Shown: positions 49,691 to 59,502, counted from the first letter of the stretch. The stretch: 64,000 bases of DNA from Roseibacillus sp. (GCA_051251855.1 JBPOGI010000001.1:896001-960000); one strand, 5' to 3'. The notes: generated by a model from the sequence alone, not told the origin. A program made the numbers and translations.

Positions 49691-50715
49691 CGTGGCAAGA
49701 CTCCCTTCCACTCTTCCCGGCTTGCTTCGTCGGCAAGCAAGAGATCGTTCAAATCTGAAACGGGTTTCCCGTCCTTGCGGGTGAGTCCATCGAAACGAAA
49801 GCCATCGACTCGGCAATCAACGCTTGCGAGCTGTTCAAACCAGACTTGTGCGGCCTCCATGCCGTCAGTGTGGGGAAAGATGCGGACTCTTCGGCCTGCC
49901 ATCACTTCGAGGGCTTCTTTCGCAATCCTGTTAGACTTTCCGAGAATGGCCACGGGTTGAAAGTTTCCCGCCTTGGATTGCGCCATAAAATCGAAAGCGG
50001 CTAGGTAGTCTGGCCCGCCTTCTACCAGCAAAATTGTAGCGTCTAAATTGGCTGTGCCATAGGCAAGGGTGAGGCCAAGAGGCCAAGACTTCGAGGAGCC
50101 TGCCAAGGTGTGGGCCTTGCGAGCGGGAAGAGTCCCCACGGCATCGAAGGGATTGCCGTCGAGTCTGCGGGCTTCCGCAATCTTGCTGCTGGCATCGAGG
50201 AGAATCCAGCATCTTTGACCGCAAACTTTTCCAAAGCGAAGAGTCCCGATCTCGATGGCGACTTTGACAGCGTAGGACCAAAGACCACGGCCTCGGGAAA
50301 GTTGCGAGACGCTAAGGTCGGAGCCTTTGAAAAGCTCGGGAAGTTTCAGCTCCTTACGAGGCTTCTCTTGATATGGTTGGCGAGGGATGCGCGGTAAGGG
50401 CGAGGGGCGGGCGGTGTCGCCATCGAAGGCAATCATTCCCGCCCGCTCTTCGCACCACTTCGCCGCATCCTTGAAGGCAAACCCTAGCGCGATCATCACG
50501 AAAGAAATCACGTCTCCGGTTTCGTCGCTGGAGAAGTCTTTGAATGCTTTGCCGTCATCATAGACGGAGAAGGACGGCTTGCGGTCTTCTCGCCAAGGGC
50601 ATCGGCAAGACTTCGAGGGCGAGTCCTCAAAGCAAAGGTCACGCCAAGCATCGGGAATGCGGTAGCGCTCTTTTAGTTCTTCCCGGCGGGCGGGGTATGT
50701 AGCTGAAGTTATCAC
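49687..50715 (-). CDS. Primase-like protein (degenerate CHC2 zinc-finger + TOPRIM)
   Basis: CPWREDRKPSFSV...GDVISF; TOPRIM LVEGGPD, IFPHTDG, DLND. Confidence 0.8.
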   Translation of the reverse strand: MITSATYPARREELKERYRIPDAWRDLCFEDSPSKSCRCPWREDRKPSFSVYDDGKAFKDFSSDETGDVISFVMIALGFAFKDAAKWCEERAGMIAFDGDTARPSPLPRIPRQPYQEKPRKELKLPELFKGSDLSVSQLSRGRGLWSYAVKVAIEIGTLRFGKVCGQRCWILLDASSKIAEARRLDGNPFDAVGTLPARKAHTLAGSSKSWPLGLTLAYGTANLDATILLVEGGPDYLAAFDFMAQSKAGNFQPVAILGKSNRIAKEALEVMAGRRVRIFPHTDGMEAAQVWFEQLASVDCRVDGFRFDGLTRKDGKPVSDLNDLLLADEASREEWKGVLPR

Positions 50716-50821
50716 AATCGTTTAGGATTGCGCCTTGTCGCAGAAATGGGATCGAGTAACCTGCTGTTGCAAATATTTACAGGGAACGCGCTTTCATTCT
50801 TCGGGTGAGGCGCGTTTCTTT

Positions 50822-51055
50822 TTAGTCGATGGCTTGAATAGTGAACCGCTTATCGAGGGCCTTGCGGACTTGAATGGGATCGAGGAAAACCCGCTTTCCA
50901 ATTTTCACATAAGGATAGAATCCCCGCGCTCGCCATTCGTTGAATGTTCGAATGCCTGGTCTTGTAGCCTCATCAGGAAAAACGAGTTCAAGTCCGGTTC
51001 TAATGCCAACAAGTGTTGGCTCCTGCTTCGTGGTAGTAGCATCGTGCGTTTCCAT
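50822..51055 (-). CDS. Small HTH DNA-binding protein (excisionase/AlpA-like)
   Basis: 77 aa; IRTFNEW..G..PYVKIGKRVFLD typical of MerR/HTH_17 excisionases. Confidence 0.8.
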   Translation of the reverse strand: METHDATTTKQEPTLVGIRTGLELVFPDEATRPGIRTFNEWRARGFYPYVKIGKRVFLDPIQVRKALDKRFTIQAID

Positions 51056-51168
51056 GCTTCATTGTGTAGCACACTTGAAACTTAGGGATTCTCCTCTCCT
51101 CCCTGCAAAACTCCGCCAAACTCAAACGAACTTCTTAGAGAAGGCTGCGTAATTCCACTATTGAGTTC

Positions 51169-51861
51169 TCAACTTCCTTCCTTCTTGTCGGAAGTTTCAT
51201 TTTCGGCCTTCATTTCGTGCTCATAAGCTTTTTCTCCGCATTTTTTCACCGCTTGAAGTATTTCGAGGTCATCGGAGACGCCGTATTCAGTCTCTACGCG
51301 CCATAATCGATATTCCGCTATGAGTCTGTTAGAAGAGGCCTTTGCTCCGGTAATGCCGGGCAAACCTATCCTTAATAGTTCTATCACCTCTCCAACCCCG
51401 TCTGGCTTTTTTCCTAGAACTAGTTCAATGAGTTTCTGAAAATTAGGTTCTTCAAAACGTTCTTCGAGGAAGTCTCTGAAAACCTTTAGTCTTTGTGGAT
51501 GCTTTGAGAGTCCGACAGCTTGTTTCAGCCAGTCTTCAAATTTCATGTCTACCGCTGCTTGACTGAATTCTCCAGAACTTAGTTCGGGTAGGTAGTGTCT
51601 ACCCACTTTCAGCGAATCTTCGCTATAAGCTCTAGCTTGAACCCTGTAAGGCATCTCTTCGAGTGGCGTTGAATCTTTGCAAAAAATTTCGTTAGAGATA
51701 CGGGAGGCTGAGGCCTCAAATATTTTAAAGGCTACGCCAACGGCTCTCCGAATGACTTCCTCTTCGTCGGCCTCAGAGAAGTCGTTAAAATGAGTCGTGT
51801 AAATCTTTGTCGCTAGTTGCGCCAACTCTGCAGGGGTAGGGAAGTCTTCTTCATCCATCAT
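51169..51861 (-). CDS. Hypothetical protein (possible element regulator)
   Basis: 230-aa ORF co-oriented between integrase and excisionase; no recognised motif. Confidence 0.6.
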   Translation of the reverse strand: MMDEEDFPTPAELAQLATKIYTTHFNDFSEADEEEVIRRAVGVAFKIFEASASRISNEIFCKDSTPLEEMPYRVQARAYSEDSLKVGRHYLPELSSGEFSQAAVDMKFEDWLKQAVGLSKHPQRLKVFRDFLEERFEEPNFQKLIELVLGKKPDGVGEVIELLRIGLPGITGAKASSNRLIAEYRLWRVETEYGVSDDLEILQAVKKCGEKAYEHEMKAENETSDKKEGS

Positions 51862-51899
51862 GATTAACGAAATGTGATTTGGATTGCCGATTTCGAGGC

Positions 51900-53201
51900 T
51901 TAGACCGCCTTCAAATGAATTATTCCCGTCGGTGATTCAGGGATAGGGCCAAAGACTGCGCGGCGAATGTCCTTGTCTGGGATGACGGCGAAAAAATCGG
52001 CGCCTTCTTCTTGCGGGCGCAAGTTGAGGTAGTGCTTTTTCACCATGCTCTCGGAGTTCCCCGCTTGTAGGGCGGCATCACCTACGCTCCGGTGGAGGGC
52101 CACATGATAGGAAATGAAGCTGTGCCGGGTTTCATCATGCGAAAGCTGGAAGTGCTTCCTTGCCTGCTTCATGAGGCGATCAAAGTTCGTCGGGATGATC
52201 GGCTTGTCGTCGAGGGCCTTGAGCCATGCCGCCAAAGAGTCAGAGACTTTGACCTGCCGGGCCTCTTTCGTTTTTGAGACTTCGGCGGGAATGTGAATTG
52301 TCCCAGTCTTGAGATTGATGAGTTCTTTCTCTCGCTTAGCAAGTTTACCCATTTCCTCATCAGGACGGATACCGGCGAAGTAGGTTAGAGCAAAATACTT
52401 GGCCAAGCATCCTCCTCGCCAACGTAAGAGCACTGTGAGAAGGTGTTGAACGTCACAAGGGGAGGTTATAACAATTGGGCCCTTTTGTTCAGCTACCTGT
52501 TTCGCTGTGAAGATTCGCACGCTTTCGACGGGGTTGGAAAAGCACCAAGGGCGATGGGTTGCTAGGTCGTTTTCTCCTGCCCACTTGAAGAAGTGATTTA
52601 GCTCGTTGCGGTAATTGTTCCAAGTCTTGCGCGTTGCCGAGGCCTTGCCATCCTTGGCCCTCAGGCCCTTCAGGAAAGCTTGAACCGTGGAAGCGGTCAC
52701 TTCATGAACAAGAGGGTCGTCGGACTCGCGAGCAAAGAGAGAGAGCACGCTCTTCTTTCCAGTTATGGTGCGTTGCCGGATTCCTGCTTGCTCGCACTCA
52801 TCGAGGTAAACTTTCAAACCCTCGGCAAAGGGGATCTCGAAATCGGGGGCACGGTGATTCTTCAGAAAGAAGTTCACGGCATCGGTTAGCGAATAGGATT
52901 TTCCCAGCTTGTCGAAAGCAAGTTCGGCTTCACTAACCTGCTCATCACTCATCGAGGTGTTGACCATGCGGACGGCGCGGCCCTTGTTCTTGATTTCGAT
53001 TTCCTTGAGGGCGGCAAACGTCTTGGCCTTTTGCTCATCCTTAAACTCTCGCTTCTTCCACTTCCCATCTTCTTTCCACCCTTGGACTAGGTAAGAGGTG
53101 TAAAAAACTCCCTTCTTCTCGTAGCTATAAGGGCGAACTGTAATATTAACGGCGGCAGACTTGGCCGCTACGATTCGAGTTCTCTTCTTCGTCCTGCTCA
53201 T
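51900..53201 (-). CDS. Tyrosine recombinase / integrase
   Basis: AGIRPDE (R), SKT (K), TRHSFISY, AGNS, KHY (Y); adjacent to the right att copy. Confidence 0.92.
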   Translation of the reverse strand: MSRTKKRTRIVAAKSAAVNITVRPYSYEKKGVFYTSYLVQGWKEDGKWKKREFKDEQKAKTFAALKEIEIKNKGRAVRMVNTSMSDEQVSEAELAFDKLGKSYSLTDAVNFFLKNHRAPDFEIPFAEGLKVYLDECEQAGIRQRTITGKKSVLSLFARESDDPLVHEVTASTVQAFLKGLRAKDGKASATRKTWNNYRNELNHFFKWAGENDLATHRPWCFSNPVESVRIFTAKQVAEQKGPIVITSPCDVQHLLTVLLRWRGGCLAKYFALTYFAGIRPDEEMGKLAKREKELINLKTGTIHIPAEVSKTKEARQVKVSDSLAAWLKALDDKPIIPTNFDRLMKQARKHFQLSHDETRHSFISYHVALHRSVGDAALQAGNSESMVKKHYLNLRPQEEGADFFAVIPDKDIRRAVFGPIPESPTGIIHLKAV

Positions 53202-53298
53202 CCTTGCATCATGACGACATTAAGGCGCATTTAAAAGCATCTATTGCGGGAATTGTTGCGGGAAAGTCATAAAACCCTTTGTTACTAGGAGTGACTTG

Positions 53299-53348
53299 CA
53301 GGCTCATAACCTGAAGGTCCTCAGTTCAAATCTGAGCCCCGTAACCAA
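53299..53348 (+). repeat. att core, right copy (displaced 3' fragment of tRNA-fMet)
   Basis: 50 bp identical to 45810-45859. Confidence 0.95.
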
Positions 53349-53350
53349 TT

Positions 53351-53380
53351 GAAGCCTCACTTTGAAAGAAGTGAGGCTTC
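53351..53380. terminator. Original tRNA terminator hairpin (possibly bidirectional with ispD)
   Basis: gaagcctcactt/aagtgaggcttc perfect stem. Confidence 0.7.
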
Positions 53381-53397
53381 TCCATTTTACGAGGATT

Positions 53398-54066
53398 CTA
53401 GGCTGAGAGAATCATCTCGGCGAGGGCGAGGTCGGAGGGGTAGGTGACTTTGGGATTGGGGCTTGGATTGGGAACGAGCTTGATGGCGTGGCCGAGGTGT
53501 TGGAGGGCGGAGACTTCGTCGGTGACGGTAAGCTGGTCGACGGCGACTTGGCGGTAGGCTTCTTCCAAGAGGCGGAGACGGAAGCATTGCGGGGTTTCCA
53601 TCGCCCAGAGTCTTTCGCGGTCCACGGTGGCTGCAGTGCCTTTGACAAAATCGTCAGGGTCGGCACGCTTAAGAGTTTCCGTGATGGGATGGGCGAGGGT
53701 AGCTGCTCCATGCACGGACGCGCCATCGAGAGCTAGGGAGATGGCTTCAGGAGTGACAAGAGGCCGTGCTCCGTCATGGATGGCTACGAGGCTGCAGTTG
53801 GCAGAAAGAGCGGCGAGTCCGTTGGAGACTGAGTCTTGGCGCTCGGCTCCACCATCGACCCGAATCACTTTCTCTTCGAGTCCTGACAAGTCGAGGGACC
53901 GAAAACGTTCGGGGTCGGTGACCAAGATGATTTCGGTGATACGAGGGCAGGCCCCAAAGGCGGAGAGAGTGTGGTCGAGAACAGTCTTTCCCGCAAGGGG
54001 TGCCATCAACTTATCGAAGCCCATGCGGCGAGATGAACCCGAAGCAACGATGATGGCGGAGGTCAT
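53398..54066 (-). CDS. ispD: 2-C-methyl-D-erythritol 4-phosphate cytidylyltransferase
   Basis: ASGSSRRMG, GGAERQDSV, IHDGARP, ETPQCF, TDE, KVT. Confidence 0.93.
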   Translation of the reverse strand: MTSAIIVASGSSRRMGFDKLMAPLAGKTVLDHTLSAFGACPRITEIILVTDPERFRSLDLSGLEEKVIRVDGGAERQDSVSNGLAALSANCSLVAIHDGARPLVTPEAISLALDGASVHGAATLAHPITETLKRADPDDFVKGTAATVDRERLWAMETPQCFRLRLLEEAYRQVAVDQLTVTDEVSALQHLGHAIKLVPNPSPNPKVTYPSDLALAEMILSA

Positions 54067-54099
54067 GATGGGCGAGGCTGCTGATTCACGTTGGCGACG

Positions 54100-54555
54100 C
54101 TAGGCGAGCTTGCTTTGGACTGCTTGAGAAAGGGTTTTGCCGTCAGCGCGGCCTCCAGTTTTCTCTTGAAGAACTTTCATGACTTTACCCATGTCGGCTC
54201 GAGTCGTTGCTCCCGTTTCTGCGATAGACTCGGCAACGGCTTGATCAAGCTCGTCTTGGGTGAGAGCCGCGGGAAGGTATTTCTCAAGGATGGCAATTTC
54301 TGATTTCTCTTTTTCGGCAAGCTCAGTGCGTCCCGCTTGCTCGAACTGTGAGATCGAGTCTTGGCGCTGTTTGACTTGCTTGCGAATGACTGCGGTGACT
54401 TCAGCATCATCGAGAACGGCGTCGGCTCCACCCTTTTCGATAGCGACATTCTTAATAGCTGATTTAAGGGCGCGCAGAGTTCCAAGGGCGATTGTGTCCT
54501 TGGCACGCATCGCATTTTTGATGTCTTCGGTGACTTGGTCGGAAAGTGTTGCCAT
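54100..54555 (-). CDS. GatB/YqeY domain protein
   Basis: AMRAKD, KQRQDSI, YLP, DMGKVM, GRADG; ATG 54555 inferred. Confidence 0.92.
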   Translation of the reverse strand: MATLSDQVTEDIKNAMRAKDTIALGTLRALKSAIKNVAIEKGGADAVLDDAEVTAVIRKQVKQRQDSISQFEQAGRTELAEKEKSEIAILEKYLPAALTQDELDQAVAESIAETGATTRADMGKVMKVLQEKTGGRADGKTLSQAVQSKLA

Positions 54556-54639
54556 GGGGCGCAGTGTGCAGGGCTGGTGAGGGGTGAAAAGTCTTTTCCT
54601 CATTTCAGGTCCTTGCCAAAGGGACTCCTCACGAACCCA

Positions 54640-55458
54640 TTACCGCTTGCGGCGGAGAAGAGCCAAGAGACCCAAAGTCCCGAGAGCGATGGTCGAGGGC
54701 TCAGGGACTTTGTTATTATCGATGGTGAGGTTATCGAAGAAGGCTTGGCCGGAATTGACTTCGACAGTTCCGCTTTGGAGGGTGCCATCGGTGCTGAAGG
54801 CCCCGCCTCCTAGGCTGAAGGTCAGGTTTTTGTCTTCATCGAAATCCCAAGCGGAGAGGTCATGGTCACCGAGAACGACGGCACCAGAGCCGGTATCGTA
54901 TGAGATAGTGGCTAGATTGGTATTGGGGTCAAAGCTGACTTTGAGGTCGGTGGCACCAATGCTGCCTAACATTCCAGCGATAAGGGGGGTGGTTTCGGTG
55001 CCATCATTGGTGAGACCCGCACGGATGAGCTTGTCGGATGTTCCGGTCCCGAGAGGGTCGCCAGCGGTTAAGCTGATTTCCAAGTTGTCTTGAGAGTTGT
55101 TGGTGTTTTCTATGCTGATGTAGATGGAGACGGCCTCGTTGGCACTAAATTTGCCAAAGTCTTCAGTTGGGGACAAGTAGGCTAGGACATCCACGCACCA
55201 ACCTTGGTTTGCGGTTAAGACGTTGTAGGATGCGTAGCTTGCATAGTGGTTTGCACCGATAAGGTCGTTCGCTGGTGAGGCGGTGAACTCGAGTCGGTCG
55301 TTGGTCGGGCTGATTTCGCCATTGTTTTCGATAAAGGGAGTTTCATCCCAAATGGCCTTGTTGAGTCCGCCATCGAAGGTGTCGACTAAAATCACTCCAT
55401 GCGAGAGGGCTGTGAATGAGGCAGAAGCAAAGACGATGGGGAGCGCTTTCGAAATCAT
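54640..55458 (-). CDS. PEP-CTERM sorting domain protein
   Basis: Signal peptide; C-terminal VPEPSTIALGTLGLLALLRRKR. Confidence 0.92.
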   Translation of the reverse strand: MISKALPIVFASASFTALSHGVILVDTFDGGLNKAIWDETPFIENNGEISPTNDRLEFTASPANDLIGANHYASYASYNVLTANQGWCVDVLAYLSPTEDFGKFSANEAVSIYISIENTNNSQDNLEISLTAGDPLGTGTSDKLIRAGLTNDGTETTPLIAGMLGSIGATDLKVSFDPNTNLATISYDTGSGAVVLGDHDLSAWDFDEDKNLTFSLGGGAFSTDGTLQSGTVEVNSGQAFFDNLTIDNNKVPEPSTIALGTLGLLALLRRKR

Positions 55459-55489
55459 TCCTATTGGGTATCCCGATATTTAGGGTGTC

Positions 55490-57004
55490 TCAAGTATCTA
55501 TTCTGTCTCCTGTCATACTCGCGAGGAAGGTTTCGGCATTGGTTCGATGTTCCGCTTTTTTCTCGGGTGACATGCGCTCGCAGGTTTTAGCCATCATCGA
55601 GAGGCGGTGGTTCTTGGCGAAAATGTCGAGATGGTCATCGATGAAGGTCCAGTAGAGTCCATCCCAGATAGGGGCCCAGTCTTTGCTTTTGGGGTAGTCG
55701 GACATCTTGCAGATGTAGTTGGAGCCTGAAAGATAGGGCTTAGTCGTGAAGAGTCCGCCGTCAGCAAATTGGGACATGCCATAGACGTTGGGGACCATGA
55801 CCCAGTCGTAGGCGTCGACGAAGAGCTCCATGAACCAACGGTAGACGTCGTCAGGGTCGATGCGGCAGAGAAGCATGAAGTTGCCGAGGACCATGAGGCG
55901 TTCGATATGGTGGCAGTAACCGGTTTCTTTGGCGCGGCGGATGGCGTCGTCCACGGGAGGGATGCCGGTAGTGCCATCGTAAAAAGCAGAGGGCATTTTG
56001 CGAGTGAAGCCCCAGAAATTCTTGGTGCGCATGGTGGTGCCATGGCGGTCATACATGGCTTTCATGAACTCGCGCCATCCGATGATTTGGCGGATAAACC
56101 CTTCCAAGGAATTGATGCCGATATCCTTCTTCTTGGCAGTTTTGATGGCTGCTTGAACGATCGTTTCTGGCGAGAGAAGGCCGATGTTCAGCATGGGAGT
56201 GAGAACGGAGTGAAACATTACCCGATGTTGACTGGAGAGGGCGTCTTCGTAAGGGCCGAATTCTTGAAAGCGTTCGGTGAGAAAGGTTTCGAGCCACTTT
56301 TCAGCATCAGAATGGGTGACGGGATAAGGAAAGGTGGTGAGATCAAGGTCGGCTTTTTCGAATCGGTTCTCGGCCCAAAGTATCGCTTCAGTGAGAAAGG
56401 GATTAGATTGAGCGATTGGTTCGCTAGGGACAGGGTGGCCTTTGGGCAGTTTCTTGCGATTGTCTTCGTCGAAGGAGTACTGCCCACCTTCGGGTTCGTC
56501 GCCGTTCATGAGGATGTCCATGCGTGCGCGCTGGTTTTTGTAGAAGCGGGCCATGAAGGGCTTTTTACCTTCTGGGAATTGTTGCTCGAGAAAGTCGTCG
56601 GGGGTCAGAAAGTTGGGAGATGGCGCGATGACGAGTTCGATGCCTTCGTCTTCGGTGAAGCGTTGCAGTCTTCGATTGAGGAGGTAGTCGGCGGGCTCGG
56701 CGAGATGGAGTTTCTTGAGTTTAGCTAGGGGGAGCTTTTTGAGCTGGTCTTCGGTAGTGGCTGGACCGGTGGGGAGGTTGAGAAGGGTGACCTGGTAGTT
56801 CCTTTTTTCGAGGAGCTGTTGGAAGGCCAATAAAGAGGCTCGGTGGAGGACTGGCTTGAAGGGGTGAAGCTGCGGGAGAGGCTGGTGCTGGTCCGTGCCG
56901 TAGAAGAGAGGGTCTTCGAAGAGGTAGACTGGCCGATCCTTTGCAAGGCTGGGGTGGTCTAGGAAGAGCTGGTGGGGAAAGATGAGAGTGATTTCGGCAG
57001 GCAC
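55490..57004 (-). CDS. Bacterial cryptochrome/(6-4) photolyase family protein (PhrB/CryB-like)
   Basis: IFPHQL, FGPYEDA, EGFIRQIIGWRE, HHIERLM, DAYDWV, KPY; GTG 57004 inferred. Confidence 0.88.
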   Translation of the reverse strand: MPAEITLIFPHQLFLDHPSLAKDRPVYLFEDPLFYGTDQHQPLPQLHPFKPVLHRASLLAFQQLLEKRNYQVTLLNLPTGPATTEDQLKKLPLAKLKKLHLAEPADYLLNRRLQRFTEDEGIELVIAPSPNFLTPDDFLEQQFPEGKKPFMARFYKNQRARMDILMNGDEPEGGQYSFDEDNRKKLPKGHPVPSEPIAQSNPFLTEAILWAENRFEKADLDLTTFPYPVTHSDAEKWLETFLTERFQEFGPYEDALSSQHRVMFHSVLTPMLNIGLLSPETIVQAAIKTAKKKDIGINSLEGFIRQIIGWREFMKAMYDRHGTTMRTKNFWGFTRKMPSAFYDGTTGIPPVDDAIRRAKETGYCHHIERLMVLGNFMLLCRIDPDDVYRWFMELFVDAYDWVMVPNVYGMSQFADGGLFTTKPYLSGSNYICKMSDYPKSKDWAPIWDGLYWTFIDDHLDIFAKNHRLSMMAKTCERMSPEKKAEHRTNAETFLASMTGDRIDT

Positions 57005-57119
57005 GGCGGAAGGTGGAGCGGATGGGCGTTTTTGCAAATGAAGGAGAGGCTGTTGGGATGAGGTTGGCGAGAATGGTCGTTGCCATAGCGGGGGTTGGGT
57101 TGTTACCACTTGGGCTGCA

Positions 57120-57425
57120 ATGAGCGAAAAGGTTTCCAAAGAAGCGCGCGACCGTTACTGGCGGTCCAATTTGAAGTGGTTGGCGGGTCTGCTAACCGTG
57201 TGGTTCTTGGTGTCTTACGGTTGTGGGATTTTGTGGGTGGATGCATTGGATAAAATCACTATTCCTGGGACGGGTTTTAAGCTTGGTTTTTGGTTTGCTC
57301 AACAAGGAAGCATTTACGTCTTTGTGGTATTAATCGCGATTTACGTAGTGGTGATGAACCGCTTGGATCGACAGTTGTTAGGGGCCGGTGGAGTGGAAGA
57401 GGGCGGGGACGTCTCGGATCATTAA
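57120..57425 (+). CDS. DUF4212 small membrane partner of a solute symporter
   Basis: YWRSN, GFWFAQQGS; directly upstream of the SSS gene. Confidence 0.88.
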   Translation: MSEKVSKEARDRYWRSNLKWLAGLLTVWFLVSYGCGILWVDALDKITIPGTGFKLGFWFAQQGSIYVFVVLIAIYVVVMNRLDRQLLGAGGVEEGGDVSDH

Positions 57426-57447
57426 GTTTTAGAAGAGGTGTATTAGA

Positions 57448-59259
57448 ATGAGTGTTGATTTTTGGACGTATTTGTTAGTGGGGTTGAGCTTTGCGCTCTA
57501 CATCGGAATTGCGATTTGGTCGCGAGCGGGAAGCACGGGGGAGTTCTATGTCGCTGGCGGCGGGGTGCCGAGTGTGGCTAATGGAATGGCGACTGCGGCG
57601 GACTGGATGAGCGCGGCTTCCTTTATCTCGATGGCTGGAATCATCTCTTTCGCGGGTCGAGATGGCTCGGTCTATCTGATGGGTTGGACGGGGGGGTATG
57701 TTTTACTGGCCTTGCTTCTGGCCCCTTATCTGAGGCGCTTCGGGAAGTTTACGGTGCCGGACTTCATTGGCGATCGTTACTACTCGCGAACAGCTCGCCT
57801 GGTGGCGGTGGTTTGTGCGATTTTTGTGAGCTTTACCTACGTGGCTGGTCAGATGCGTGGAGTGGGAGTTGTCTTCTCTCGCTTTCTCGGTTTGGAGGTG
57901 GAGGAGGGGGTTCTCGTGGGGATGGTGATTGTGCTTTTTTATGCCGTCTTAGGCGGGATGAAGGGGATTACCTACACTCAGGTGGCCCAGTATTGTGTTT
58001 TGATTTTCGCCTTCATGGTGCCGGCAATTTTCCTTTCGTTGATGATGGCGGGGAATCCGATTCCCCAGCTGGGTTTCGGAGGAATGGTGCCTGGCGAAGA
58101 TATTAGTCTTTTAGCGAAGCTGGACGGATTGAGCGAAGAACTCGGCTTTAATAAGTATACTGAGGGAAACAAGGCGACGGTAGATGTCTTTTTTATTACG
58201 GCGGCCTTGATGTGTGGAACGGCGGGATTGCCGCATGTGATTGTGCGATTTTATACCGTTAAGAAGGCGAGTGCGGCCCGTTCGTCAGCGTTATGGGCTC
58301 TCTTGTTTATTGCGATTCTCTACACGACGGCTCCTGCGATTGCTGTTTTTGCGCGCACGAACTTGCTGAATACGGTTTCGAATGCGGAGTATTCTAGTTT
58401 GCCAAAATGGTTTGGGAACTGGGAAGAAACGGGTCTGATTGCTTGGATGGATAAGAACGGTGACGGGAAGATTCAGTATACCGGAAGTGGGGCTGCCTTT
58501 GCCAAAATGGATGGGGCTTCGAAAGTGGCGCCTGAGTTTAAAGAAGAGCGAGGAGCGAATAATGAGCGCTTGTTGAACAATGGTGCGACTGAGAATGACA
58601 ACGAACTCTACATCGACCGAGACATCATGGTGCTGGCGAACCCTGAGATTGGGAATTTGCCGAACTGGGTCATTGGTTTGATTGCAGCGGGAGGGCTGGC
58701 TGCGGCGCTTTCAACTGCGGCGGGACTCTTGTTAGTGATTTCGACTTCGGTAGCTCACGATTTGGTGAAGAAGTCTTTCGCTCCGAATATGTCTGAGAAA
58801 ATGGAGTTGCGATTGGCGCGTGGTTCGGCTGCGGTTGCGGTGGTGATTGCGGGTTACTTTGGAATTAATCCACCAGGATTCGTGGCGCAGGTGGTTGCCT
58901 TTGCCTTTGGCTTGGCGGCGAGTTCGTTCTTCCCGGCTATTATTTTGGGAATTTTCACGAAGAGAACTTCAATGCAGGGCGCTGTTTCAGGAATGATTGT
59001 GGGGCTTGTATTTACGATGAGCTACATCATCTACTTCAAGTTCGTGAATCCTGATGCGAATGTTCCTGAGAACTGGTTTTTTGGGATTTCTCCGGAAGGT
59101 ATTGGAACTCTGGGTATGTTGCTGAACTTCGTAGTAGCTGTGGTGGTGTCACGTTTCACTCCTGCTCCACCCGCTGAGGTGATGGAGATTGTGGAAAAGG
59201 TGCGCTACCCCCGTGCGGCAATGGGCGATGACTCAGAGGCTGAGGTGGCGGTCCACTAG
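57448..59259 (+). CDS. Sodium:solute symporter (ActP-like cation/acetate symporter family)
   Basis: NGMATAADWMSAASF, GGMKGITYTQ, GTAGLPH, AAALST. Confidence 0.92.
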   Translation: MSVDFWTYLLVGLSFALYIGIAIWSRAGSTGEFYVAGGGVPSVANGMATAADWMSAASFISMAGIISFAGRDGSVYLMGWTGGYVLLALLLAPYLRRFGKFTVPDFIGDRYYSRTARLVAVVCAIFVSFTYVAGQMRGVGVVFSRFLGLEVEEGVLVGMVIVLFYAVLGGMKGITYTQVAQYCVLIFAFMVPAIFLSLMMAGNPIPQLGFGGMVPGEDISLLAKLDGLSEELGFNKYTEGNKATVDVFFITAALMCGTAGLPHVIVRFYTVKKASAARSSALWALLFIAILYTTAPAIAVFARTNLLNTVSNAEYSSLPKWFGNWEETGLIAWMDKNGDGKIQYTGSGAAFAKMDGASKVAPEFKEERGANNERLLNNGATENDNELYIDRDIMVLANPEIGNLPNWVIGLIAAGGLAAALSTAAGLLLVISTSVAHDLVKKSFAPNMSEKMELRLARGSAAVAVVIAGYFGINPPGFVAQVVAFAFGLAASSFFPAIILGIFTKRTSMQGAVSGMIVGLVFTMSYIIYFKFVNPDANVPENWFFGISPEGIGTLGMLLNFVVAVVVSRFTPAPPAEVMEIVEKVRYPRAAMGDDSEAEVAVH

Positions 59260-59283
59260 GCTGAATCGAATGGTTCTGCTAGT

Positions 59284-59490
59284 CTTGGAGTGCGTGCAGC
59301 TTTGGCCGTTTTGGGATGGATGGGAGAATTTCTCTAGAGTGACTGAAAGGAGCAAAGCTTGCTTGCTCCTCTCTTCTCCTAGTTACCTCGATTCAGAAGC
59401 GACGAAACGTCCAATGGTTGGTGCAGCAAGCTACTCCTTCTCGACGCGCGAGTGAGTTGCGAAGTTTGCTGCAAAAGCGGACACTCCGAG
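59284..59490. repeat. Degenerate nested GGAG-headed REP-like inverted repeats
   Basis: Outer cttggagtg...ccgttttg / caaaagcgg-acactccgag; inner aggagcaa/ttgctcct hairpin (59348-59370) and gcaagctactcctt (59426-59439); between convergent genes. Confidence 0.45.
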
Positions 59491-59502
59491 AAGACGAGCC
59501 GT

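Larger units (their letters stand above)
45860..53348. mobile_element. ~7.5-kb tRNA-fMet-integrated element; candidate phage satellite (PICI-like)
   Basis: att duplication, tyrosine integrase, HTH, primase, DUF3987 helicase, TerS-like gene, two cargo genes; no capsid, tail or conjugation genes. Confidence 0.85.

Noticed and set aside
53299..53348. Second tRNA-Met gene
   Set aside because: Only the 3' 50 bp is present; it is the att duplication
45860..53348. Prophage or ICE
   Set aside because: No structural, lysis, TerL, relaxase or T4SS genes between intact att sites
55769..56728. 319-aa + strand ORF and many other long overlapping ORFs (e.g. 33167-33952, 10780-11490, 9571-10206)
   Set aside because: Antisense shadows of well-supported genes, with no recognisable motifs
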